In this document: one piece after another, positions 25,860 through 36,601 of the stretch
Layout of the letters: each line of letters starts with the position of its first letter
How positions within the stretch are numbered: position 1 is the first letter of the stretch
Source of the DNA: Pristiophorus japonicus
Taxonomy: Eukaryota
Length of the DNA: 64,000 nt
Direction of reading: 5' to 3'
Assembly (NCBI RefSeq): GCF_044704955.1
Contig: NC_091985.1
Coordinates: 69,626,001 to 69,690,000, forward strand
Position numbers and translations under genes: made by a program
Notes under the pieces: model-generated
The model's input: only the letters and a program-made list of their open reading frames with translations
Database searches by the model: none
What the model was told of the DNA's origin: nothing

Positions 25860-27009
25860 ATATGTCTTTTAACGTACTTGCCAAGAGAAGCTGAAACAAC
25901 TACAGGCTGTTAAAAGAAACAGTCAATTCAGTTTGTATGTAATGTAAATATAATTGTTCTGAATGGTATCTTGTCTCTGTTTTTGTTTCTGTGTGTTAGT
26001 TTAGTTGTTAACAAATTCGAATGATATCATAGACTGTGTTAAGTGGCCTGACTGTGGCATATTCCATTCTCAGGGGTGGCAGAAGAACATCGTGGGTATC
26101 CCACATATACACCAGCAAGCAATTTACTGGAGTTAATTGTTCAACTTGGGTTTCTTTAATTAAATCTTTTAACTCAAAAAGATATAGATTCCCATTCACA
26201 AACAAAACTCAGTTTGCTTCTAGAAACTATTAATAAGCCAAGTAAGCAAGGAAATCTTGTTGGGGAACAACCCGTATCATATTGGCCTATGGATCAGCAT
26301 TGGTGAGAGGGGTGCGAACTGTGGGAGGCAGATGGATTTCTTCACTTTGCTAAGTTGCACTGAGCTCCAATCTCTTACGCATTGTTGTAAGGAGCAGTTA
26401 TTGAATGGAGGTCAGGCAGTTCTCGCAAGAGGACAGAAGGAGGAAAAACAAAAGGCTAAGTCACCTTATACAGCACTTGAAAATCAACTTGGAGTGGCAT
26501 TGAATGAATCTAAAATAATATTCGTTTTAGATTAAAGTTCTACTAGGTTGCTAAATCTGTGGATTTGTTCAAGTTGTATGTTCAACACCCACCATATCGA
26601 TGGAGGACAGGTTTGTCAATCATCTTTCACATGCCACTGAAAAACCTGTATGATTTACATATAGAGACTGACATTCCTAAAATGGACTCTGTTTTATAAG
26701 GAAAAAAATGACAGTAGTATTTTGATATGATGTGTCATTGAATTTAAAAGAAAACCTATATTGGCAACCCTTTGATGTTTTGGGTTGTTTTTGATCCACT
26801 TGAAACACTTTACAGGGTTTTGATCCACATGAAACACTTTCCAGGACAGCTTGCTGGTATCCCACACTATGGGCCTTGGTTCTTCACCTAGGTCATTAAT
26901 GTAGCATCTGAAGGATACCTAAATCCTATCCTTAGCCTTGTTTTCACTGTTTGACTCGTTTATCTTCTGTTTGGCAAACAGGCAAGCAAAAAGGAATTAC
27001 CTATAGTGA

Positions 27010-27335
27010 CACCATTAGAAAAGGAAAAAGATTAGGGTATGATTATTGATCATTCACTAAAAGTATCTAGCCAATGTGCAGCTGCTATCAAGACTAATCC
27101 TGAAGTTGAATTTGACAAGGACATTTGACTACAAGTTGAAACAAGTTATTCTCACCTTATAGAGGTCATTGATCAGACCACACTTGGAATATTGTGTGTA
27201 ACTATCAGCACCCTACCTTCAAAAAACATCAATGCATGGGAGAAGATGTGGAGAATAGTGACAAGGACGACTCTGGAACTTAGGGTTTTAAGTTATGAGA
27301 CTTATCATATTGAATTTGTATTCATTGGAGAAAAC
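27010..27335 (+). mobile_element. Very old CR1 RT fragment
   Basis: AGACCACACTTGGAATATTGTGTG (RPHLEYCV) and GAAAAAGATTAGGG (EKDLG-like) remnants. Confidence 0.6.
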
Positions 27336-27989
27336 ATTGAGCAGAGACATTGTGGTGGATTCTAAATCAGAGGGGTTTCTGGACGGAAACCATTCTGGCG
27401 AGTTCATTGTGCACCAGGGGCAGCAGGAGGCCACAAGGATTTTAACCACTGGGCTTCATTTAAATGCCACTGGTCCACTTCTCGCCTGGCACAGGCAGAA
27501 ACAAGCTGCAGAGTGGCTGCTGGCAGGGACAGATCATCACCTGCCAGCTTTCAGGTAAGTGGCGCAAAGTGAGTCTCGGGAATGTCTCACGGGAGGGAAG
27601 GGGGAGGAGTCTGGGAAGGAGAGCCGGACTTTCTGCCCTGTCCTGGTCCCACAAAGGACATTTTTGACTTACTTGGAGAACCTCTTCATCTTTTCCATTA
27701 GCTGGCAACCTGCTTCAGCCTGGGGGTGTCTGCAGGGACCATCCCTCTCAGGCCCCAGTTACATTGCCATTGACATAATGCCATTGTGGGCTAAGGTTAA
27801 GTGCAGGTAGAAATAATCAAATGTGGACGATGTTTCCTAAACTAATGGAACCATGGAAATGTCATGCCTAGAAATACATTTGGTCTAGCATAGGTAATAT
27901 AAGATTAGAGAGGTATTCTGGAGTTTTTCTTGATTTACCTCGGGGTAGGGAGAACCTTTGCAGAACCTTTACATGAGGGATGTAATAGA

Positions 27990-28744
27990 TAGAGTACATT
28001 GTAAATGATCATAACATACATCAGCTGCCAGAAATAGAAAAGTAAACGTGAGGCTTGCTGATTTGGTCGCAAAAGAATTTGGACTGGTGGGAAGTATACA
28101 GTTGTGTTCCCAAAGGTTCAATACTAGCGGCCACTGCTGTTTTTGATATACATTAATGACTTACTTAGGGTTACAAGGCACAATTGTGAAATATGCAGAT
28201 GACATGCAACTTGGAAGTGTAATAAACACTGAGAAAGATAGTAATAGACTTCAAGAGGACACAGTTAGGCTGTGGAATGGGTGGACACGTGGCAGATGAA
28301 AGTCAATACAGAAAAGTGTGAGGTGATACATTTTAAAGGGTGTGCAAGAAGAAAGAGACCTAGGAGTGCTTGTGCACAAATCTTTGATGGAGGCAGGACA
28401 GGTTAACTAAGCAGTTAATAAAGTATATGGAATCCTGGGCTTTATAAATAGAGGCATAGTGTACAAAAGCCAGGAAGTTGTGCTAAACATATATAAAACA
28501 CTAGATTGGTCCCAGCTGGAGAATTGTTCCAATCCTGGGCACCACACTTTAGCATGGACGTGATGGCTTTGGTGAGGGTACAGAAGAGATTTACTAAAAT
28601 GGTTCCAAGGATGAGGGATTACAGTTACGTGGATAAACTGGAGAAGCTGGGATTCTTCTTAGAGCAGAGAAGGCTAAGGAGATTTGATAGAGGTGTTTAA
28701 AATCATGAAGAGTTTAGGTAGAGTAAATAAAGAGAAACTGTTTC
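27990..28744 (+). mobile_element. Old CR1, left part; host of the Gypsy insertion
   Basis: KYADD, WQMK and QKRFTKMVP remnants; breaks at GAGAAACTGTTTC and resumes at about 36284 (TAATGGCTGAAGGGTC). Confidence 0.85.
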
Positions 28745-28950
28745 TGCCATGTATGTATGCTTGGGTTGACTAGCCACCCGGTGGCGCCACTGTCGGAGGT
28801 CATTGGGCTGTGCACACGTGTGTGCGACCCAGGTATAAAAGGCCTGCCATCTTGTAATGTAATCACTTTGGCCCCGAATAAAGTAGAGCCAGGTTTGTAC
28901 CTGTTCGGAGTTTACAGTATTCAGTCTATTGAGTTATTGCATACACAACA
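28745..28950 (+). repeat. Gypsy 5' LTR
   Basis: TG...CA ends, TATAAAA at about 28834, AATAAA at about 28877; direct repeat of 36080-36283. Confidence 0.93.
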
Positions 28951-28952
28951 TT

Positions 28953-28963
28953 TGGCGACGAGG
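28953..28963 (+). promoter_or_regulatory. Primer-binding site, tRNA-Ser(GCU) type
   Basis: TGGCGACGAGG, 2 nt after the LTR, complementary to the vertebrate tRNA-Ser(GCU) 3' end ...CCUCGUCGCCA. Confidence 0.8.
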
Positions 28964-28987
28964 TAACAAGAACCTTTGCATGCAAAA

Positions 28988-29800
28988 ATGAGCACAATTG
29001 GAATTCTGGAGCGATTCGTGGAGGGAGAAGATTGGGCAGACTTTGTAGCCCACTTGGACCAGTACTTCGTAGCCAACAAAATGGAGGAAGAGGCAGACGC
29101 AGTTTGGCGCCAGGCGATCCTCCTCACGGTTTGCAGTCCAAAAATTTATGGACTCATAAAGAGTTTCCTCTCGCCCTTAAGTCCAACGGACAAGGACTAT
29201 GAAACATTGTGTGCTTTGGTACGTGACCATCTCAAACTAAATGAAGGTATCATTATCTCAAGATATCAATTTTATACGCATGTTCATTCTGAGGGCCAGG
29301 ATGTATCAGAATTCGTTGCCGACCTAAGACGCCCAGCTGGACCGTGTAGGTTTGACATGCTGCGAGACTTCTTTGTAATCGGCATCAACCACGAGGTGAT
29401 CCTGCGTAGGCTACTGGTGGCGGTGACGCTGGATTTGAGCAAGGCCATTACAATTGCCCAATCATGCATGAGGACGGACATGAGCTTAAAGCAGATATCA
29501 TTGAAAGATCAGAACTTGGCAAGTGCTATAAACAAGATAGTATCGTCGTATGGCAGAGCCTACCCGACTGCATACGTGAAACCTATGGTTGCTCAATGTC
29601 TGCCAACGGGAATTAATCCGATATCACCGTGTTAGTGTTGTGGGTGAAATCATCGGCATCATCAGTGTCAATTTAAACAGTATATTTGTAAAGGCTGTTC
29701 GAGAGTGGGGCATCTCCAGCGCATGTGTCCGCAACTGAGCAAGCATGCTGCGACACACCACGTGGAGGATGATGACCAGTCTAACGCGGATCTGGATATG
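28988..29800 (+). pseudogene. gag: Gypsy gag with two zinc knuckles, disrupted by stops
   Basis: ORF 28976..29635 (LRDFFVIGIN), then C*CCG*NHRHHQC and CKGCSRVGHLQRMC knuckles. Confidence 0.88.
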
Positions 29801-29819
29801 CAATCCGAGATACCAGAGG

Positions 29820-30609
29820 AGGAAGTGTATGGACTGTATTCGTTCCTAACAAAGAGCCAACCAATAATGATTAATGTAAAACTTAATGGTGTGCCGGTAT
29901 CGATGGAATTGGACATGGGTGCGAGTCAATCAATAATGAGCCAGAGAACATTCGACAGGCTGTGAGGCCAAAGCTGAGTCCAGTCAATGCTAAGTTGCGT
30001 ACGTACACTAAAGAACTCAACCATTATTGGCAGTCCAGTAATCAAGGTATCGTATGATGGTACGGTTCACGATTTACCGTTATGGATTGTTCCAGGCAAA
30101 GAACCAACACTGTTCGGCAGGAACCGGTTAGAAAAAATCAAATGGAACTGGAATGAGATCAAAGCGTTGTCGTCGTCGTCACATACTCCATGTGCTCAAG
30201 TGCTGAGCAAGTTCCCCTCGCTGTTTGAACCAGGCATCGGCAATTTCACAGGAGCCAAAGTGCAGATCCACGTGGACTCAGATGCAAGACCTGTCCATCA
30301 TAAAGCTCGGGCAGTTCCGTATATGATGAAGAAGGTGGTCGAAATCAAACTGGACAGACTCCACTGTGAAGGGATCATATCACCGGTCGAATTTAACGAA
30401 TGGGCCAGTCCCATTGTTCCCGTGTCGAAAAGTGATGGCACTGTCAGGATTTGTGGAGACTACAAGATTACGATCAACCGAGTTTCGAAACAGGATCAAC
30501 ACCCGTTACCGAAGGCTGATGACCTGTTTGCAATGCTAGCCGGGGTGGGGGGAGTCGTTCACAAAACTGGATCTGATGTCGGCCTACATGACACAGGAGC
30601 TGGTTGACA
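29820..30609 (+). pseudogene. pol: Gypsy pol 5' part (aspartic protease and RT N-terminus)
   Basis: MELDMGAS (DTG-like), EWASPIVPV, VRICGDYK, PLPKADDLFA; cut by the CR1 at about 30610. Confidence 0.9.
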
Positions 30610-33598
30610 CATAGAAAACATAGAAAACATAGAAAATAGGTGCAGGAGCAGGCCATTCAGCCCTTCTAGCCTGCACCGCCATTCAACGAGTTCATGGCTG
30701 AACATGAAACTTCAGTACCCACTTCCTGCTTTCACGCCATACCCCTTGATCCCCCGAGTAGTAAGGACTTCATCTAACTCCCTTTTGAATATATTTAGTG
30801 AATTGGCCTCAACTACTTCCTGTGGTAGAGAATTCCACAGGTTCACCACTCTCTGGGTGAAGAAGTTTCTCCTTATCTCGGTCCTAAATGGCTTACCCCT
30901 TATCCTTAGACTGTGACCCCTGGTTCTGGACTTCCCCAACATTGGGAACATTCTTCCTGCATCCAACCTGTCCAAACCCGTCAGAATTTTAAACGTTTCT
31001 ATGAGGTCCCCTCTCACTCTTCTGAACTCCAGTGAATACAAGCCCAGTTGATTCAGTCTTTCTTGATAGGTCAGTCCCACCATCCCGGGAATCAGTCTGG
31101 TGAATCTTCGCTGCACTCCCTCAACAGCAAGTATGTCCTTCCTCAAGTTAGGAGACCAAAACTGTACACAATACTCCAGGTGTGGCCTCACCAAGGCCCT
31201 GTACAACTGTAGCAACACCTCCCTGCCCCTGTACTCAAATCCCCTCGCTATGAAGGCCAACATGCCATTTGCTTTCTTAACCGCCTGCTGTACCTGCATG
31301 CCAACCTTCAATGACTGATGTACCATGACACCCAGGTCTCGTTGCACCTTCCCTTTTCTTAATCTGTCACCATTCAGATAATAGTCTGTCTCTCTGTTTT
31401 TACCACCAAAGTGGATAACCTCACATTTATCCACATTATACTTCATCTGCCACGCATTTGCCCACTCACCTAACCTATCCAAGTCACTCTGTAGTCTCAT
31501 AGCATCCTCCTCGCAGCTCACACTGCCACCCAACTTAGTGTCATCCGCAAATTTGGAGATACTACATTTAATCCCCTCGTCTAAATCATTAATGTACAAT
31601 GTAAACAGCTGGGGCCCCAGCACAGAACCCTGCGGTACCCCACTAGTCACTGCCTGCCATTCCGAAAAGTACCCATTTACTCCTACTCTTTGCTTCCTGT
31701 CTGACAACCAGTTCTCAATCCACGTCAGCACACTACCCCCAATCCCATGTGCTTTAACTTTGCACATTAATCTCCTGTGTGGGACCTTGTCGAAAGCCTT
31801 CTGAAAGTCCAAATATACCACATCAACTGGTACTCCTTTGTCCACTTTATTGGAAACATCCTCAAAAAATTCCAGAAGATTTGTCAAGCATGATCTCCCT
31901 TTTACAAATCCATGCTGACTTGGACCTATCATGTCACCATTTTCCAAATGCGCTGCTATGACATCCTTAATAATTGATTCCATCATTTTACCCACTACTG
32001 AGGTCAGGCTGACCGGTCTATAATTCCCTGCTTTCTCTCTCCCTCCTTTTTTTAAAAAGTGGGGTTACATTGGCTACCCTCCACTCGATAGGAACTGATC
32101 CAGAGTCAATGGAATGTTGGAAAATGACTGTCAATGCATCCGCTATTTCCAAGGCCACCTCCTTAAGTACTCTGGGATGCAGTCCATCAGGCCCTGGGGA
32201 TTTATCGGCCTTCAATCCCATCAATTTCCCCAACACAATTTCCCGACTAATAAAGATTTCCCTCAGTTCCTCCTCCTTAATAGACCCTCTGACCACTTTT
32301 ATATCCGGAAGGTTGTTTGTGTCCTCCTTAGTGAATACTGAACCAAAGTACTTGTTCAATTGGTCTGCCATTTCTTTGTTCCCCGTTATGACTTCCCCTG
32401 ATTCTGACTGCAGGGGACCTACGTTTGTCTTTACTAACCTCTTTCTCTTTACATACCTATAGAAACTTTTGCAATCCGCCTTAATGTTCCCTGCAAGCTT
32501 CTTCTCGTACTCCATTTTCCCTACCCTAATCAAACCCTTTGTCCTCCTCTGCTGAGTTCTAAATTTCTCCCAGTCCCCAGGTTCGCTGCTATTTCTGGCC
32601 AATTTGTATGCCACTTCCTTGGCTTTAATACTATCCCTGATTTCCCTAGATAGCCACGGTTGAGCCACCTTCCCTTTTTTATTTTTACGCCAGACAGGAA
32701 TGTACAATTGTTGTAATTCATCCATGCGTTCTCTAAATGTCTGCCATTGCCCATCCACAGTCAACCCCTTAAGTATCATTAGCCAATCTATCTTAGCCAA
32801 TTCATGCCTCATACCTTCAAAGTTACCCTTCTTTAAGTTCTGGACCATGGTCTCTGAATTAACTGTTTCATTCTCCATCCTAATGCAGAATTCCACCATA
32901 TTATGGTCACTCTTCCCCAAGGGGCCTCGCACAATGAGATTGCTAATTAATCCTCTCTCATTACACAACACCCAGTCTAAGATGGCCTCCCCCCTAGTTG
33001 GTTCCTCGACATATTGGTCTAGAAAACCATCCCTTATGCATTCCAGGAAATCCTCCTCCATCGTATTGCTTCCAGTTTGGCAAGCCCAATCTATGTGCAT
33101 ATTAAAGTCACCCATTATAACTGCTGCACCTTTATTGCATGCACTCCTAATTTCCTGTTTGATGCCCTCCCCAACATCACTACTACTGTTTGGAGGTCTG
33201 TACACAACTCCCACTAACGATTTTTGCCCTTTAGTGTTCTGCAGCTCTACCCATATAGATTCCACATCATCCAAGCTAATGTCTTTCCTAACTATTGTAT
33301 TAATCTCCTCTTTAACCAGCAATGCTACCCCACCTCCTTTTCCTTTTATTCTATCCTTCCTGAATGTTGAATACCCCTGGATGTTGAGTTCCCAGCCCTG
33401 ATCATCCTGGAGCCACGTCTCCGTAATCCCAATCACATCATATTTGTTAACATCTATTTGCACAATTAATTCATCCACCTTATTGCGGATACTCCTTGCA
33501 TTAAGACACAAAGCCTTCAGGCTTGCTTTTTTAACACCCTTTGTCCTTTTAGAATTTTGTTGTACAGTGGCCCTTTTTGTTCTTTGCCTTGGGTTTCT
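30610..33598 (-). mobile_element. Young CR1 LINE inserted antisense into the Gypsy RT
   Basis: (TTTTCTATG)n tail at 30610-30637; Gypsy RT reads ...YMTQELVD before it and TCINTYKGLF after it. Confidence 0.96.
30712..33590 (-). pseudogene. CR1 ORF2 (APE endonuclease plus reverse transcriptase), complete except for one frameshift near 32050
   Basis: ORF 32018..33613 (LNARS, GITETW, MGDFN, SDHN) and ORF 30712..31995 ([25 protein letters not shown]). Confidence 0.93.
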
Positions 33599-36046
33599 TA
33601 CGTGCATCAACACTTATAAAGGACTGTTTATTTACAACAGGTGCCCTTTTGAAATTCGCTCGGCTGAAGCCATATCTCAGAGGAGCATGGAGAGTCTATT
33701 AAAGTCCATTCCCAGAACCATTGTGTTCCAAGATGACATACTGGTCACAGGTTGTGACACCGCCAAACATCTGAACAACCTGGAAGAGGTTCTAAATCAT
33801 CTGGACAAAGTGGGACTCAGACTGAAACGCTCGAAGTGCGTCTTCATGGCACCGGAAGTCGAATTTCTAGGGAGGAAAATTGCTGCTGACGGTATCAGGC
33901 CTACAGACTCGAAAACCAAGGCCATCAAAAATGCACCCAAGCCTCAGAATGTGACGGAGCTGCATTCATTCCTTGGTCTGCTCAACTACTCGGTAATTTC
34001 TTACCTAGATTGAGCACCTTATTAGAGCCACTGCACATGCTGCTAAGAAAAGGCGACAACTGGATTTGGGGTGCGTCTCAAGATAGAGCTTTTGAGAAAG
34101 CTACTAATCTGCTTTGCTCTAACAAGCTGCTGGTACATTATGATCCGTGTAAGTATCTAATATTGGCCTGTGATGCTTCGTCATATGGAGTTGGTTGCCT
34201 GCTCCAAGAAGCTAATGAGTCGGGCAAATTACAATCTGTTGCATATGCATCAAAAAGTTTGTCAAAGGCAGAAAGAGCCTACAGCATGGTAGAGAAAGAA
34301 GCACCAGCCTGTGTGTATGGGGTTAAAAAGATGCATCAGTACCTGTTTGGTCTTCAGTTTGAACTGGAAACAGATCACAAGCCACTCATACCTTTTTGTT
34401 TTCCGAAAACAATGACATCAATACCAATGCATCGTCCCGCATTCAGAGGTGGGCGCTGACATTATCTGCCTATGATTATGTCATTCACCATAGACATAGC
34501 ACTGAGAATTGTGCCGATGCATTGAACCGTCTGCCGTTGCCCACACCGGAGGTGGAAACGCCACAACCGGCAGACCTACTGTTAGTCATGGATGCTTTTG
34601 AAAGTGAAGGAATCCCTGTCACGGCCCAACAAGTTAAGACCTGGATCAGCCAGGACCCGATATTATTGGTTGTGAAACATTGTATCCTTAGAGGTGATTG
34701 GTCTGCCATACCCAAGCAAATGTGTAAGGAGACCAAACCTTACATCTGTCGCAAAGACGAACTATCCATTCAATCAGATTGTATACTGTGGGGTAATTGT
34801 GTTGGTAAGCCCAAGAAAGGCAGAGAGAAAATTGTGCATGATCTGCATAGCACGCATCCCGGTATTGTCATGATGAAAGCCATTGCCAGGTCTCATGTAT
34901 GGTGGCCTGGAATTGACTCTGATCTGGAATCATGTGTGCATCAGTGCAACACTTGCATGCAGCTTAGTAAAGCACCAGCGGAATCGCCGCTGAGTCTGTG
35001 GTCGTGGCCATCGAAACCATGGTCCAGGATCCACATCGACTTTGCAGGTCCCTTCCTGGGAAAGATGTTCTTAGTTGTGGTGGATGCTTATTCCAAGTGG
35101 ATAGAGTGTACAAGCATGTCATCCAGCACATCCACAGCTACCATTGAGAACCTTCGTGTCCTGTTTGCTACGCATGGTCTGCCTGACATCATTGTAAGCG
35201 ACAACAGATCTTGCTTCACCAGTATGGAGTTTCAAGAGTTCATGAAACTCAATGGTAGCAAACATGTGAGGTCAGCACAATTCAAACTCGCATCCAATAG
35301 ACAAGCAGAGCGTGCGGTCCAAACCATCAAGCAGAGTATGAAACGTGTAATTCAAGGTTCACTGCAAACTCGCTTGTCACACATATTGCTTAGTTACAGG
35401 CCAAGACCCCATATGGTTACCGGGGTTTCCCCTGCTGAACTATTGATGGAGAGGTTTCAAGACCAGGCTCTCTCCTGTCCACCCTGATTTGAATAATCGT
35501 GTTGAATACAGATGTCAAAGTCAGCAAGGGTATCATGATCGCGCTACTGTGTCACGCAACATTTCTATCAATGATCCTGTGTATATACTGAATTATGATC
35601 AAGGTTCCAAAAGGATCGCCGGTACTGTTATGGTCATGGAGGGTAACAGTGTTTATCGTAAAGCTCAAGAATGGGCAGACATGCAGGAAACATGTTGATC
35701 AGATAAAGCTGCGGCACACGGATGAACCGGAACAGTCTGAGGAAAACAGTGACCAACCAACCTACCCTCAGTCATCAGCGGGCTCCGCTGTCATCACTGA
35801 ATCAGGACTTTCAATCCCTGAGCAGGCTCGAGGGGCTAGATGGCCTACTCCTGTTCCTAATTCTTATGTTCTTATGACATGGTCAATGAATCTGGACTTT
35901 CAATCCCTGACGTGGTCATTGCCACTCCCATCAGATCGGCTCCCCAGCCCCCAGTCATAACAAACTCAGAATGCTTGCCCAAGGCTGGAGTTGAACTGAG
36001 ACGTTCAACTCGGGAGCGGAAAGCCCCAGACCATCTCCATTTGTAA
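33599..36046 (+). pseudogene. pol: Gypsy pol 3' part (RT, RNase H, integrase), frameshifted
   Basis: VFQDDILV, LACDASSYGVG, ETDHKPL, HPG...WWP...CNTC, IHIDFAGP, VSDN, QAERAVQT. Confidence 0.93.
35820..35876 (+). mobile_element. CR1 3'-terminal stub of about 55 bp inside the Gypsy pol tail
   Basis: GAGCAGGCTCGAGGGGCTAGATGGCCTACTCCTGTTCCTAATTCTTATGTTCTTATG; TGA on both sides. Confidence 0.85.
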
Positions 36047-36079
36047 AAAGACCATTACTAATATCTTAAAGGGGAATAT

Positions 36080-36283
36080 TGTCATGTATGCATGCTTGGG
36101 TTTACGAGCCACCAAGTGGCACCACTGTCAGAGGTCATTGGGCTGTGCGCACATGTATGCGGCCCAGGTATAAAAGGCCATCCATCTTGTAATGTAATTA
36201 CTTTGGGTTCTAATAAAGTAGAGCCAGGTTTGTACCTGTTCGGAGTTTACAGTATTCAGTCTATTGAGTTATTGCATACACAA
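36080..36283 (+). repeat. Gypsy 3' LTR
   Basis: Follows the PPT; about 90% identical to the 5' LTR; terminal CA apparently lost. Confidence 0.92.
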
Positions 36284-36601
36284 GCTTCTAATGGCTGAAG
36301 GGTCAATAAGCAGAGGGCATAGATTTAAGATGATTGGCAAAAGAACCAGAGGCGACATGAGGAAAAATGTTTTTACCCAACAAGTGATTAGGATTTGGAA
36401 TGCACTTCCTGATAGGGTGGTGGATACAGATTCAATACAGGTAATAGCTTTCAAAAGGGAATTTGATAAATATTTGAAGGAGGAAAAATTGAAGAGATAT
36501 GGGAATAGAGCGAGGAACTGGGACTAACTGGATTTCTCTTTGAAAGAGCAGGTGCAGACTCGATGGACTGAATGGCCTCCTTCTGTGCTGTACTATTCTA
36601 T
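36284..36601 (+). mobile_element. Old CR1, right part (3' end); tail continues at 45197-45212
   Basis: RGHRFKMIGKRTRGDMRKNVFTQQVIRIWNALP; tail ATTCTAT|GATTCTAT split by the Harbinger. Confidence 0.88.

Larger units (their letters stand above)
28745..36283 (+). mobile_element. Full-length degenerate Ty3/Gypsy LTR retrotransposon (Mag-like)
   Basis: Two LTRs of about 205 bp, PBS, PPT (AAAGGGGAAT at about 36068), domain order gag-PR-RT-RH-IN; imperfect TSD GTTTC/GCTTC. Confidence 0.95.

Noticed and set aside
32700-33401. Long plus-strand ORF and other recurrent ORFs (MNLRCTPS..., MATLHSIG..., MSSANLEI...)
   Set aside because: Antisense shadows of CR1 ORF2, repeated only because the CR1 copies are near-identical
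33444-34013. Apparent CR1-Gypsy fusion ORF, and similar chimeric ORFs at 40716..41303 and 52559..53032
   Set aside because: Chance read-through across insertion junctions
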